Positions 27,453 through 37,178 of a stretch of DNA of 64,000 nt are shown piece by piece. This DNA is from Parcubacteria group bacterium. Lineage in GTDB: Bacteria > Patescibacteriota > Minisyncoccia > UBA6257 > Colwellbacteraceae. The number at the start of each line of letters is the position of its first letter. Within the stretch, counting starts at the first letter, position 1. The stretch covers positions 10,017-74,016 of the forward strand of contig JBAZMT010000002.1 in the NCBI GenBank assembly GCA_041649615.1, given 5' to 3'. The notes beneath the pieces were generated by a model. That model was not told where the DNA came from, did no database searches, and was given only the letters and a program-made list of their open reading frames with translations. A program made the translations under genes and the position numbers.

Positions 27453-29006
27453 CTATCCCAAGTAGGAAGTCAGATCTTGTCCAGTCATTTCGGGGGGTTT
27501 AGGGATGCCCATTAACTTAAGTATCGTGGGCGCTATATCGCATAATGAGCCGACCGACAAGCTCTCTTGTCCTTTTATTTCTTCCGGTGACCGATCTCTC
27601 ATGAATCGGTTATCCATAACGATGAAAGGGACGGGACTTGCGTTATGTTTCGTGTCTTTCTGACCCGTTTGCGGATCAACCAATTTTTCGGCATTGCCGT
27701 GATCGGACGTTATGACGAGAGTCGTATTTGTTTTTAAACAGGCGTTTGCGATAAGACCGATTCCTCGGTCTATTATTTCAACTGCCTTTACGACCGCGTC
27801 AAAATTTCCCGTATGGGCGATGATGTCCGGATTGGCGTAATTCGCGAGGATGAATCCGTATGATCCTTCTTCCACCGCGGTCGTGACGCGATCCGTAATT
27901 TCCGCAGCCATCATTTCGGGAAACTGATCGTGGGAAGCGACTTTGTTTGAAGGAATGATGATCCGGAATTCGTTTTGGAAAGGATCTTCATCTTCGCCGT
28001 TCCAAAAATAAGTCACGTGAGCTTTTTTTTCGCTTTCCGCCACGCGGAGTTGCATTATTCCTTCGCTCGCGATGATTTTAGGCAAAGGATTCGGGATGGT
28101 ATCCAGGGAAAAAGCGGCCGGAATGCCGATACCCGGCTCATATTCGGTAAACGAAACGATTTCGGTTTTGGGGAAAGACGTGCGAAACATTTTGGAGATT
28201 TGTTTCATTCGGTCTTTTCTGAAATTGAAGAAAATAACCGAATCGGACGGCTTAACCGACAAATTTTTGCCGAAAGAAGCCGGACGGAGAAATTCATCCG
28301 TAATGCCCGAGGCGTAACTTTCTCGCACGTAATCGGACGGCGTTATCGTTTTGTCGCTTTCAGCGGTCATGGCTTTAAAAGTGAACTCGGTTCTGTCCAA
28401 GTGATTGTCTCTATCCATGGCGTAATATCGCCCCGAAAGGCTGCCGATTTTTTCTTCCGGCAGACGGCTCAAAAGTTCCAAACTTTCTTTTGGCGGACCA
28501 TCGCGTCCGTCCGTAAAAAGATGAAGTTTGTAATCAACGCCGAGTTTTTCTGCCATGCTTATAAGCGCAGACAAATGTTTGAAGGAAGAATGCGTGATTC
28601 CGGAGCCCAGAAGTCCCACAAGGCATACCGAAGCATTGCGTTGTTTGGCTCCGCCAAAGGCTTCAAGAAATACTTTATTTTCAAAAAAGGAACCGTTTAC
28701 GATGGAAGAATCGATCTGAGCGACGCTTTGGTAAATTATCCGTCCGGAACTGATGGTTAAGTGACCGATCTCGCTGTTTCCTTCTTCGTTCCAAGGGAGA
28801 CCGACCGCGAGACCGCTTGATTGAAGGCTAAGACAAGGGAAAGAAGCCTTAATTTGGTCTAAATTGGGGAGTTTTGCCACATAAAGAGGGTTTGTGTTGT
28901 CTTTGGGTCCGATTCCCCAGCCGTCAAGAATAATGAGAACTAATTTACGGATATTTGTGTGAGGCATATAACGTGTATTAGTATTTACGAAGTGAAGGTC
29001 ATACAA
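27453..29006 (-). CDS. gpmI: 2,3-bisphosphoglycerate-independent phosphoglycerate mutase
   Basis: 'KLVLIILDGWG' iPGM hallmark and metal-binding His/Asp blocks. The true start may be M14 at about 28967. Confidence 0.9.
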   Translation of the reverse strand: MYDLHFVNTNTRYMPHTNIRKLVLIILDGWGIGPKDNTNPLYVAKLPNLDQIKASFPCLSLQSSGLAVGLPWNEEGNSEIGHLTISSGRIIYQSVAQIDSSIVNGSFFENKVFLEAFGGAKQRNASVCLVGLLGSGITHSSFKHLSALISMAEKLGVDYKLHLFTDGRDGPPKESLELLSRLPEEKIGSLSGRYYAMDRDNHLDRTEFTFKAMTAESDKTITPSDYVRESYASGITDEFLRPASFGKNLSVKPSDSVIFFNFRKDRMKQISKMFRTSFPKTEIVSFTEYEPGIGIPAAFSLDTIPNPLPKIIASEGIMQLRVAESEKKAHVTYFWNGEDEDPFQNEFRIIIPSNKVASHDQFPEMMAAEITDRVTTAVEEGSYGFILANYANPDIIAHTGNFDAVVKAVEIIDRGIGLIANACLKTNTTLVITSDHGNAEKLVDPQTGQKDTKHNASPVPFIVMDNRFMRDRSPEEIKGQESLSVGSLCDIAPTILKLMGIPKPPEMTGQDLTSYLG

Positions 29007-29028
29007 ACTAACATTTCAATTTTATCTT

Positions 29029-30552
29029 ATGATTTATCAAATTGCACTCGCCGCAGGAGGGCTTCTAGTAGGCGGCTTATTGGGTTATTTATTAAGGCAA
29101 AGGACGGCTGTTAAATCGGCCAATTCCATAGAGCAGCAAATAAAGCGCAAGTTTGAAGAGGCGGAGACGCAAGTAAAAACGGAGATCGGCAAGGCGGAAA
29201 AAAGGGCCGAGTCCATATTAGAGGAAGCGAAACAGGAAGAAAAAGAAAGAAAGGCGGCTGTTGAACGGACGGAAGAAAGACTTCTCAAGAAGGGGGAGCT
29301 CTTGGACAAAGATGAAGCGGACTTAAGACAAAAATCGGAGGAACTTAAGGCGCTTTCGGAAAACTTGGACAAGGAATCGGAGGAACTTCAGAAGATGAAA
29401 GAATCCGTTTCTTTGGAACTTTCCAAAGTAAGCAAGCTTTCGCCAGAAGAAGCCAAAAAAAAGTTATTGGCGGAGGTAAAAGAAAACAATAAGGAGGAAT
29501 TACTGGATATATTAACCAAGCTTGAACGGGAGAAAAAAGACGAAATAGAGAAGAAGAGTTTGGACATTATTACGACCGCTCTTCAACGTTATTCCAGATC
29601 GCACATATCGGACATCACGACTACGGTATTTACTCTGCCCTCCGAGGACTTGAAGGGCAAAATAATAGGAAGAGAAGGAAGAAATATAAGGGCGCTTGAA
29701 AGAATAACTGGCGTGGAGTTCGTAATCGACGAAACGCCGGACACGATTCTCATATCTTCCTTTGATCCGGTTCGGAGAGAAATAGCGAGACTTACGCTTG
29801 AAAAGCTCATTCAGGACGGAAGAATCCAGCCGGCAAAGATAGAAGAAAAAGCCGAAGAGTCCAGAGCGGAAATAGACAAGAGAACTCAAGAAATCGGAGA
29901 AGAGGCCGTTTATGAAGTGGGAATATTGAATCTTCCGAAGGAAATAGTTCATCTCTTGGGAAGACTTCATTTCCGGACGAGCTACGGACAAAACGTTTTG
30001 ACTCATTCAATGGAAGTGGCGTTTATCGCCGGAATGATGGCCGAGGAATTGGGCATCAACGCCGAAGTAGCAAAGAAAGGAGCGTTGCTCCACGACATAG
30101 GAAAAGCCATTGATTACGAGGTGGCCGGAAATCACGTTGATTTGGGAATAAAAATTTTGAAGAAATACGACGTTCCCGAAGCCGTGATTGAAGCAATGCA
30201 GTCCCATCATGACGACTATCCGTTCGCGAGTCCCGAGGCGTTCATAGTCGCAACGGCCGACATTATTTCGGCCGCAAGACCCGGGGCAAGGAGGGGAACG
30301 CTTGAGCAGTACGTCAAAAGGCTTGAAGACCTGGAAAAGGTGGCTTCTTCCTTTGAAGGAGTCAAAAGCTCCTATGCCGTTTCTGCTGGCAGGGAGCTTA
30401 GAGTGTTCGTAATTCCAGAGAAAATTGACGATTTCGGCGCATTACAGCTCGCGAAAAACATTGCGGGAAAAATTGAATCGGAAATGAAGTATCCGGGAGA
30501 CATCAAGGTGACTATTATTAGAGAAGTCAGGGCCGTTGAATATGCCAGATAG
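29029..30552 (+). CDS. rny: ribonuclease Y
   Basis: N-terminal TM, coiled coil, KH domain ('GREGRNIRALERITGVEFVID') and HD domain ('LLHDIGKA'). Confidence 0.9.
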   Translation: MIYQIALAAGGLLVGGLLGYLLRQRTAVKSANSIEQQIKRKFEEAETQVKTEIGKAEKRAESILEEAKQEEKERKAAVERTEERLLKKGELLDKDEADLRQKSEELKALSENLDKESEELQKMKESVSLELSKVSKLSPEEAKKKLLAEVKENNKEELLDILTKLEREKKDEIEKKSLDIITTALQRYSRSHISDITTTVFTLPSEDLKGKIIGREGRNIRALERITGVEFVIDETPDTILISSFDPVRREIARLTLEKLIQDGRIQPAKIEEKAEESRAEIDKRTQEIGEEAVYEVGILNLPKEIVHLLGRLHFRTSYGQNVLTHSMEVAFIAGMMAEELGINAEVAKKGALLHDIGKAIDYEVAGNHVDLGIKILKKYDVPEAVIEAMQSHHDDYPFASPEAFIVATADIISAARPGARRGTLEQYVKRLEDLEKVASSFEGVKSSYAVSAGRELRVFVIPEKIDDFGALQLAKNIAGKIESEMKYPGDIKVTIIREVRAVEYAR

Positions 30553-30638
30553 CCAGATAGACCGAAGATTGTGGAAAATCAGCCTATTTGGTATCATTTC
30601 CTAAGGTTTAAAGGTCGACCAAGCTAATCAAGAATATA

Positions 30639-30914
30639 ATGAAGAAACAGGATTTAGTTGAGGCCGTAATGAACGCCGCCCAGATTGAGACAAAAAAGCA
30701 GGCCGATCAGGCTGTTCAAGCAGTTTTTGACAGCATAGTTAAGGCTATGAGTCGCGGTGAGGATGTTGCTATAACCGGTTTTGGAACATTCAGAGTCGCA
30801 AGAAGAGCGGCAAGAATGGGAATTAATCCGAAGACTGGAGAAAAAATCCAGATAGCCGCTTCCGTTAAACCCAAATTCAGAGCGGGAAAGCTTCTCAAAG
30901 AAGCTGTTCAATAA
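30639..30914 (+). CDS. hup: DNA-binding protein HU
   Basis: 'ITGFGTFRV...GINPKTGEKIQIAASVKPKFRAGK' HU/IHF fold signature. Confidence 0.9.
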   Translation: MKKQDLVEAVMNAAQIETKKQADQAVQAVFDSIVKAMSRGEDVAITGFGTFRVARRAARMGINPKTGEKIQIAASVKPKFRAGKLLKEAVQ

Positions 30915-30932
30915 AACTTTTGGATATAATTA

Positions 30933-30961
30933 AAAACCGCCCGTTTTGTGGGGCGGTTTTT
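30933..30961. terminator. bidirectional rho-independent terminator
   Basis: AAAACCGCCC-gttttgt-GGGGCGGTTTT. Confidence 0.75.
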
Positions 30962-30971
30962 AATTAACGGT

Positions 30972-31832
30972 TTAAGGCAGCTTCAATAGCTTTTTAACGG
31001 CGGTGCTTATTTTGATGAACTCGGCATATCCCGATTTGAGATTGACTATGGCCGCGGAACAAAGATCTTTAACGGAAGGAATCTTTTCTTCAGCGATTAC
31101 GGACTCATCTTCAATCGGGGCAGACATTTCAGCTTCTTCTTTGGGAGCGGGGAGGTATATTTCCCGGATAATCGTGAAAGATCTCTCTACTAAGGCTCTG
31201 GCTCCGTCTATCATTTTTCTCGCCTCGGCCATTTCGGAGACGAACAAATCTTTTTTAATAAGTCCCGCTTTTTCTATTTTTTGAAGATCATCGTTGATTC
31301 TCACCCATCTTTCATTTGCGGTATCGGTGAGTTTTGACGTTTCAAGCACGAAGATGAAATTCAGCGCATCCGTCAGATTATCATTGTAGCTTTCATCCCG
31401 GTGAGCTTTTACGTCCTTGGCCAAACTCTTAACTTCTTCAAGATTCAAATCGTCCGAAGTTAATTCATCTTCGGCTTCTTTGAAATATTTTTCCTCCAAA
31501 TCAAGCCATTCCAAGATGGAGCTTCTAATGGTCGCAAGATCGCTTTCTTCCTCAATATTCGCTGAATTTAATTTTGTGCGGGCTGCTTCAACTTCTTTGA
31601 GAGAAAGGGAAAGCGCGTCCGCAACCACTTTTTTGCGAGAAGCCAATTCTTCTTCGGGAGACAAGACATTAGCGGCGGCGCTGTCCTTGGCCTCAATAAG
31701 TTCGGTAGTGCTTGAGCTTAGATTCTCCGTGGCAGAAGACAGTTCAGAGGCGTGTGAAACACAAGGGAAAGCAAGCACCGGAAAAACGGCGAGAAGAGAG
31801 ATTATTACAGGTTTTTTTATGGAAAATTTCAT
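30972..31832 (-). CDS. secreted hypothetical protein (signal peptide, coiled-coil)
   Basis: N-terminal 'MKFSIKKPVIISLLAVFPVLAFPCVSHA'-type signal peptide; no family recognised. Confidence 0.5.
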   Translation of the reverse strand: MKFSIKKPVIISLLAVFPVLAFPCVSHASELSSATENLSSSTTELIEAKDSAAANVLSPEEELASRKKVVADALSLSLKEVEAARTKLNSANIEEESDLATIRSSILEWLDLEEKYFKEAEDELTSDDLNLEEVKSLAKDVKAHRDESYNDNLTDALNFIFVLETSKLTDTANERWVRINDDLQKIEKAGLIKKDLFVSEMAEARKMIDGARALVERSFTIIREIYLPAPKEEAEMSAPIEDESVIAEEKIPSVKDLCSAAIVNLKSGYAEFIKISTAVKKLLKLP

Positions 31833-31838
31833 TAGAGA

Positions 31839-32303
31839 TTAAAATAAGGCTTGTTCAAGAAGCCTGTTGGCTTCATCGGGGTCGGGAAGGGTGACGTTTA
31901 GCGTATCAAATTCTTTTTTGATAAGGGAAGAGTTCATGTGAGTCGGGCCGTTTGAAGAAGCTTCGTAAAGAGCAACCGAAGTTTTCTCGGCTGATTCTCC
32001 ATAGGAACGAATTTCTTTAAGCGTGATATCAATGTCGGCCTCAAAAGAAGCGGCGACCGAGTCAATGGAAGCGATTTCCGAAACCGATTTCGTGACGCTC
32101 GGGGGCTTGATATCGCCGATCAATAAAATGACGAGAATCGTAGCCGCCATAACTACGGAACCGATCCAGAATTTGGGGAAGGCGAGTCTCGCGGAAGGAG
32201 ACGGTTTTTCGGAGGCTAGAATGGAAAATTTCGCGGAAAGCGCAAAATCATCGTCCGGGACGATATTTTGCAACAATCTTAATTTTTCCGTTAAACGATC
32301 CAT
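31839..32303 (-). CDS. putative anti-sigma factor (single-pass membrane protein downstream of the ECF sigma)
   Basis: Genomic context plus a central TM helix; weak. Confidence 0.4.
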   Translation of the reverse strand: MDRLTEKLRLLQNIVPDDDFALSAKFSILASEKPSPSARLAFPKFWIGSVVMAATILVILLIGDIKPPSVTKSVSEIASIDSVAASFEADIDITLKEIRSYGESAEKTSVALYEASSNGPTHMNSSLIKKEFDTLNVTLPDPDEANRLLEQALF

Positions 32304-32304
32304 T

Positions 32305-32886
32305 TTATTTTTCGTTCAATATGGTTCTTATTTTTTGAAGAGCCCGGTGTTGAATCAATTTTACCGCTCCTTCGGATTTGTTTATGGTCTCCGACACTTC
32401 TTTCACGGACAAATCTTCAATGAAGCGCATGATGATCACGTCGCGTTCAATGTCTTTTAATTCGTGCAAAGAAGCCATTATGCGAGCGATGTCCTTTCGG
32501 TCATCAATGTCCGAAATGTCGGGGCGAAAGATAAGTTTTTCCGAGACGAACTCCTCGTCAATGCTTATAACCGGTTTGGTTCTTCTATAGCGGTCAATGA
32601 TTAAATTTCTCGCTATCCGGTACAGCCAACTTGAAAAGGGAAGTCCTTTTTCGGAAAACCCCGAAATGTTCTGCCAGGCTTTTAAAAAAACTTGGTGGGC
32701 AAGGTCTTCAGCCTCCTCACGTTGGCCGACTTTAAGAAGGATGAAACGGTAAATGGCTGGAAGATAAAAATCGTAAAGTCGTCCAAAGGCTTCAGCCTCC
32801 CCACCCTTAGCTTCCAATATTAATTTGCGTTCATCCTCTAACATGGTAAACGAAAATAGGCCTCTATAGGTTACAAATAGCGGCAT
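32305..32886 (-). CDS. ECF-type RNA polymerase sigma-70 factor
   Basis: Region-2 'FLKAWQNISGF...FSSWLYRIARNLIIDRYRR' and region-4 HTH. True start probably M15 at about 32844. Confidence 0.8.
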   Translation of the reverse strand: MPLFVTYRGLFSFTMLEDERKLILEAKGGEAEAFGRLYDFYLPAIYRFILLKVGQREEAEDLAHQVFLKAWQNISGFSEKGLPFSSWLYRIARNLIIDRYRRTKPVISIDEEFVSEKLIFRPDISDIDDRKDIARIMASLHELKDIERDVIIMRFIEDLSVKEVSETINKSEGAVKLIQHRALQKIRTILNEK

Positions 32887-32973
32887 TTTTCCCGCTTTTC
32901 ATTGATTTTTCAGGATAGACGACCATAGGTTAATTTTACCAAAACAAAGACAGCCTGTTATATAATTATGTAG

Positions 32974-33183
32974 ATGGATATGGCAAGGACGGGAATAAAG
33001 AGGAAAATTTTGCCCCTTTTGGTGATTATCTCATGTTTTTTATTGGGAGGCCTTACGGCATATCTGATTTTTGGTGATAAAGACGAGGGACTTTTTATAA
33101 GCTCTATGTTTAAAAATCCGACAGGACAACCGCATATTAAAGGACCGGACGAACCGCCGCCGTTGCCGATTTCTGGACAATAA
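32974..33183 (+). CDS. small membrane-anchored protein
   Basis: One TM helix, Pro-rich tail; weak. Confidence 0.3.
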   Translation: MDMARTGIKRKILPLLVIISCFLLGGLTAYLIFGDKDEGLFISSMFKNPTGQPHIKGPDEPPPLPISGQ

Positions 33184-33212
33184 AAGAGGCCTCAATTAGA
33201 TTTAATTCCGAA

Positions 33213-33284
33213 GCGAGAGTAGCACAGTGGCCAGTGCGCCTGCCTTCCAAGCAGGATACGCGGGTTCGATTCCCGTCTCTCGCT
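33213..33284 (+). tRNA. tRNA-Gly (UCC), discriminator U
   Basis: GCGAGAG-TA-GCAC..., anticodon arm CCTGC-CTTCCAA-GCAGG, T-loop TTCGATT, acceptor CTCTCGC-T. Confidence 0.85.
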
Positions 33285-33353
33285 CATAAGTGTCCCTGGA
33301 AGAGATATCAGAAAAAATAAAAGAGCATGTTTTAAAACATGCTCTTTTTGGTT

Positions 33354-33734
33354 TCACATATTCCCTCTTGCTTCAAAGAGAGAGTCGCAGTACCTCTTTA
33401 AAACGAGATAAGCACTCCGTCCTCCGTCGTTAGAGAATGGAACGAAGGCCCCCCTTCGGAGACATAGGTCAGAAAAGACATTTCTATCCATAAGTCTCTC
33501 CTTGACGTTTTTGTCGAGATCCTGAGCGCGAATCGCCCAAGGCCTCCCGAACTCATCATAGATCGCTATGACGCCATTATTGAGATCCCATGTCCAAGGG
33601 GATCCCATACCAATGGGTTTGCCATTTTCAAGGTGACCATACAAGAGAAGAAAATCGTGATTGAGTAAGTTAAAGGACAACATATAATTCGTACCCATCT
33701 TTGCGTTCCTCCTATCAGAACATCTTGCGGGCAA
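33354..33734 (-). CDS. hypothetical protein
   Basis: ORF with coding-like composition; no family recognised. The start may be an internal Met. Confidence 0.4.
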   Translation of the reverse strand: MPARCSDRRNAKMGTNYMLSFNLLNHDFLLLYGHLENGKPIGMGSPWTWDLNNGVIAIYDEFGRPWAIRAQDLDKNVKERLMDRNVFSDLCLRRGAFVPFSNDGGRSAYLVLKRYCDSLFEARGNM

Positions 33735-33938
33735 GAGCTAGTTAAAGATTTCTAACTCTCCCTTCATTATAGCATATTTTATCTATATTGTCAAGTTATC
33801 ATTGATTTTACCAGTTATTTAAGACTAGACTCAATGTGAAGCTAGCCCTTGTATTCCATATTTTCTATTGGAAATAGGGATACCCGGGCATCGCTCGGCG
33901 AGAATATGAAAATAGATTTTCCTATTCTCGCTTCGCTC

Positions 33939-34010
33939 GCCCTTGTCGTTCAATGGATAGGACGCAAGATTGCGGATCTTGAAATAGGGGTTCGATTCCC
34001 TTCAGGGGCA
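33939..34010 (+). tRNA. tRNA-Arg with apparent anticodon GCG (unusual)
   Basis: GCCCTTG-TC-GTTC-AATGGAT-AGGAC-G-CAAGA-TTGCGGA-TCTTG-AAATA-AGGGG-TTCGATT-CCCTT-CAGGGGC-A; followed by a terminator. Confidence 0.6.
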
Positions 34011-34017
34011 CAAAAAA

Positions 34018-34048
34018 ACATCCCGCTTTGCGGGATGTTCGTGTTTTT
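34018..34048. terminator. rho-independent terminator, likely bidirectional
   Basis: ACATCCCGC-TTTG-CGGGATGT followed by TCGTGTTTTT. Confidence 0.65.
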
Positions 34049-34051
34049 AAA

Positions 34052-34552
34052 TCATCCGGATTCTTTTTCTTGCTTGTACAGATGTTCGTTCAACCTTCTG
34101 AAAAACGTCTGAATGTTTCTTCTGGAGAGGTCGCGACCGTCCTCAAAGAAAAAGATGTTTGTTTTAAGGTCGGAAAGACCGATGAATTTTCCGGGAAAGA
34201 TTTCTTCCTGCGGATCAAACCATCTGCATCTCCGCCGAAAATCGGCTCTGCTGTGTATTCGCGCGACTATGGAAAAAATGTCCGGAATAGTCTCGCCAAG
34301 TTTGTCGTATCCCCCTTTAAGAATGTGGGGAAACTTATTGGCATCCTTCAAGGTAACGGAGAGAAAGTCAATCGTGTAAGGTTTGTTTTTCCAGTGGAAA
34401 GTAAGCCTATTGAAGGGTCCCTCCGATTTTATCGGTTTCAAGACCAGGCCTTTAACCTTTGCGAGCGCGCTTATCAACACCGAAGACCTGCATCCCGGAA
34501 AAAGAACGATGGTGGTTCTGTATTTCAACTGTTGCTCTTTCAAAGAACTCAC
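34052..34552 (-). CDS. hypothetical protein (166 aa)
   Basis: ORF ends at the bidirectional terminator. An equally long ORF lies on the + strand (34028-34564), so the strand call is uncertain. Confidence 0.4.
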   Translation of the reverse strand: MSSLKEQQLKYRTTIVLFPGCRSSVLISALAKVKGLVLKPIKSEGPFNRLTFHWKNKPYTIDFLSVTLKDANKFPHILKGGYDKLGETIPDIFSIVARIHSRADFRRRCRWFDPQEEIFPGKFIGLSDLKTNIFFFEDGRDLSRRNIQTFFRRLNEHLYKQEKESG

Positions 34553-34631
34553 TCCTTTCGGTAAAACTAATGCGATAATAACAACCGAGCGTGAGAACGG
34601 TCAAGAAACGAGCGCCTGTTATAATTAATTC

Positions 34632-35180
34632 ATGAATATTCCGATAATATTGGGAACCGGAAGAGAGGGGAGAATTTCGGAAAGAGCGGCGGAGTACGTT
34701 AAATCCGTCATAGTGGAATCAGGACATAATACGGAAATAATTGATCCGCGCGATTACAAGTTTTTATTTACCGATAACGAGACTTCCAGAGGAGACGGTT
34801 ATCGCGAAAAAATAAAGAACGTAGATGCGCTCGTAATAGTTACGCCGGAGTATAATCACAGTTTTCCCGGAGAATTAAAAATACTTTTAGATACCGCCTA
34901 CGAGGAATATTTTTATAAGCCCGTAGGCATTTGCGGGGTTTCGGCGAGTCCATTCGGGGGAGCGAGAGCAGTGGAACAGTTAAAGCCGACACTTTCAGAA
35001 TTAAGAATGTTTATCGGAAGAGAATCCGTATTCTTCAGTTCGGCAAGAGAATTATTCGGTGAGGCCGAAATAAAAGACAAATCGTTTAAAGGACGGGTGA
35101 AGGCAATGTTAGACGAGATTGTTTTAATCGCGGGTAAAGTTAAACCCCTCTCCAGTTTTAAAACTGGAGAGGGGTTTTAA
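34632..35180 (+). CDS. NAD(P)H-dependent FMN reductase (flavodoxin-like fold)
   Basis: 'IPIILGTGREGR...ALVIVTPEYNHSFPGELK' NADPH-dependent FMN-reductase signature. Confidence 0.75.
   Translation: MNIPIILGTGREGRISERAAEYVKSVIVESGHNTEIIDPRDYKFLFTDNETSRGDGYREKIKNVDALVIVTPEYNHSFPGELKILLDTAYEEYFYKPVGICGVSASPFGGARAVEQLKPTLSELRMFIGRESVFFSSARELFGEAEIKDKSFKGRVKAMLDEIVLIAGKVKPLSSFKTGEGF
35142..35178. terminator. perfect hairpin overlapping the 3' end of the FMN-reductase gene
   Basis: AAACCCCTCTCCAGTTTT-A-AAACTGGAGAGGGGTTT. Confidence 0.6.
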
Positions 35181-35184
35181 TTAA

Positions 35185-35526
35185 TCATTCGTTTTTAGCT
35201 GAATGCTTTTTTCTTAAGTTAAAGATTCCCTTAAGTAACATTAGACCGCCCGTTCCTACGCCGATTTTGGCAGCAATGAGTTCGCCGGTTAAAAGCTCCG
35301 AAGAAACCGTTAAATAAGAGGCTTCAGCGAACTTTATGAGCGCGACGAAGAGCCAGTGTCCCAGCAGAGACATCACAACTACGCTTATACCTAGCGTAAG
35401 AAGGCTAATTCTTGAGTTCGAGAGCGAACGAAACCAATTCGCGGTGAACTCATCTTTTTCTTCGGGAAGCATTTCTCTTGTAGTTACAGCTTCTTTCGAA
35501 AAAAGAGCCTTTTTTGGGTTGGTCAT
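35185..35526 (-). CDS. hypothetical membrane protein
   Basis: Two or three hydrophobic helices; no family recognised. Confidence 0.4.
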   Translation of the reverse strand: MTNPKKALFSKEAVTTREMLPEEKDEFTANWFRSLSNSRISLLTLGISVVVMSLLGHWLFVALIKFAEASYLTVSSELLTGELIAAKIGVGTGGLMLLKGIFNLRKKHSAKNE

Positions 35527-35593
35527 TTAAATAACCTCCTTTCTAAAGATCTAGTTTTGGATTACATCTAATTCGAGGTCTTGTCAAACAAAG

Positions 35594-35995
35594 CTATTCA
35601 GTTGTCTTACCGTCGAAATGTTCTTCGTTCGCCAAAGCTTCCGCTTTAGTCTTATGAATCGTGCCGTTTTTATGCTCGGCGGGAGAATAAATGGTATAGA
35701 CTTTCAATTTTTCGGTCTCTGACGCGTTTATAATGTTATGAAGCGTTCCCGCGGGAATGACGATGGCCGAACCGTCTTCAATCTCGTGCGAAATGCCGTT
35801 TAAAACGGCGAGGCCTTTGCCCGCTTCAACGCGAAAGAATTGATCGCGGTCATCGTGAGTTTCTTCACCGATTTCTTCTTTGGGTAAGAGAGACATCAAT
35901 ACAAGCTGGCTGTGAGGAGCGGTATATAAGATTTTCCTGAAATTATCGTTCTTAAGGGTATCTTGCTCAATATTTTTTACAATGTATCCGTTCAT
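35594..35995 (-). CDS. cupin-domain protein
   Basis: 'VIPAGTLHNIINA' cupin motif. Confidence 0.6.
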   Translation of the reverse strand: MNGYIVKNIEQDTLKNDNFRKILYTAPHSQLVLMSLLPKEEIGEETHDDRDQFFRVEAGKGLAVLNGISHEIEDGSAIVIPAGTLHNIINASETEKLKVYTIYSPAEHKNGTIHKTKAEALANEEHFDGKTTE

Positions 35996-36072
35996 TTCAT
36001 TTTTTTATTTGATTAAGCGACAATTCATTCTAACAAAAAACTCTCAATTACTTGAGAGCTGTCGTAAAGGTT

Positions 36073-36492
36073 CTAGTCGCGATTCGCTTTTGTCTCGGAC
36101 TTTCCATATTTTGTGATCCATTCCGGATAGTAGATTAGGAGCGCGCGATCGTAGAGCTCAAACGCTTTTTTTACCAGAGCGAGATTGAATTCTTCCACTT
36201 CGGAGTATACGATGACGCTTATCTTGCCGTGGTGTTCTACGCCATCAGGGGCTTTCGCGGAGTATTGCACCAGTTTTCTCGCGTATCTACCGTTGAGGAA
36301 ATGAACGGTTTCAAATCTTCCTTTCATTGCGTAGTGGGATACTTCCTCGTCTTCGTACTTTTCATTGATCGTCAGAGTAAATGGCTTATTCATTCCAAGA
36401 GAATGGGCAAAGTTCAAAAGATCCAGAAATATTTCCCAGCTGAACTTGATGTCTCGCATCTCTGGTCCCTCAACCTCAAGACAACAATACAT
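36073..36492 (-). CDS. hypothetical protein (139 aa)
   Basis: AT-rich ORF; no family recognised. Confidence 0.4.
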   Translation of the reverse strand: MYCCLEVEGPEMRDIKFSWEIFLDLLNFAHSLGMNKPFTLTINEKYEDEEVSHYAMKGRFETVHFLNGRYARKLVQYSAKAPDGVEHHGKISVIVYSEVEEFNLALVKKAFELYDRALLIYYPEWITKYGKSETKANRD

Positions 36493-36555
36493 TTCAAAAC
36501 CTCCTTATTTTGTTGTTAAGAACTAACTTCTACAATTGATTTGTTGATTTGTCAA

Positions 36556-37167
36556 TTATTGTTTGAGATTTTTAATCAATTTTACAATTTCCGGAAATTT
36601 TGCGACGAGAAAATGACCCTTTTTACTCTTATAGATGGTTATATGAGCTTGCTTTAAATTTTTTCTGTATTTTTCTGCGTGAACGACAGGAACAACGTTA
36701 TCGTCTGCCGAAAAGAACAAATAAAGATTTTTCGTATTTTCTTCAAGCAAAGATAGGCCAGATTTCAACCGAAATCCGCCGGGAATGATTCTACTTTCCG
36801 GAAAACCATCATATGGCGGAGCAATAAGAAAAACGCCTAAAATTTTCTTCGGAAATTTATTTTCAGACAAATATTTGGAAAGAAACATTCCTCCGAGAGA
36901 AGAACCAATAAAGATAGCGTTGTTTTTTATTAACGGAAGAAATCGTTCAAAATAAATTTTCCACTCTTCATATTTTGCATTTTCCCGGCAGGGCATGCGA
37001 AGACGAATTAATTCATATTTTTTTCCAAGCTTTCTATCTAAAAAGGCGTCTTTCCATCCCTCTCTTTTCTTTACGGAAACTTTTTGGTTTTTGAGATACG
37101 ATAAATAATCTTTTTTATTTTTAAACACATCTCCTCCGCGAACTATAAAAATTTGGGTTTTAGTCAT
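36556..37167 (-). CDS. alpha/beta-fold serine hydrolase (YdeN/RBBP9-like)
   Basis: 'IFIGSSLGGMF' GxSxG nucleophile elbow; about 200 aa; very AT-rich. Confidence 0.55.
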   Translation of the reverse strand: MTKTQIFIVRGGDVFKNKKDYLSYLKNQKVSVKKREGWKDAFLDRKLGKKYELIRLRMPCRENAKYEEWKIYFERFLPLIKNNAIFIGSSLGGMFLSKYLSENKFPKKILGVFLIAPPYDGFPESRIIPGGFRLKSGLSLLEENTKNLYLFFSADDNVVPVVHAEKYRKNLKQAHITIYKSKKGHFLVAKFPEIVKLIKNLKQ

Positions 37168-37178
37168 TTTATAGAAAA

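Noticed and set aside
29006-29029. Divergent starts of gpmI and rny only 22 nt apart
   Set aside because: Not a real promoter-overlap problem. The iPGM conserved sequence begins at an internal Met (about 28967), which leaves an ordinary intergenic region.
33849-34112. 87-aa + strand ORF
   Set aside because: Overlaps tRNA-Arg(GCG) and its terminator.
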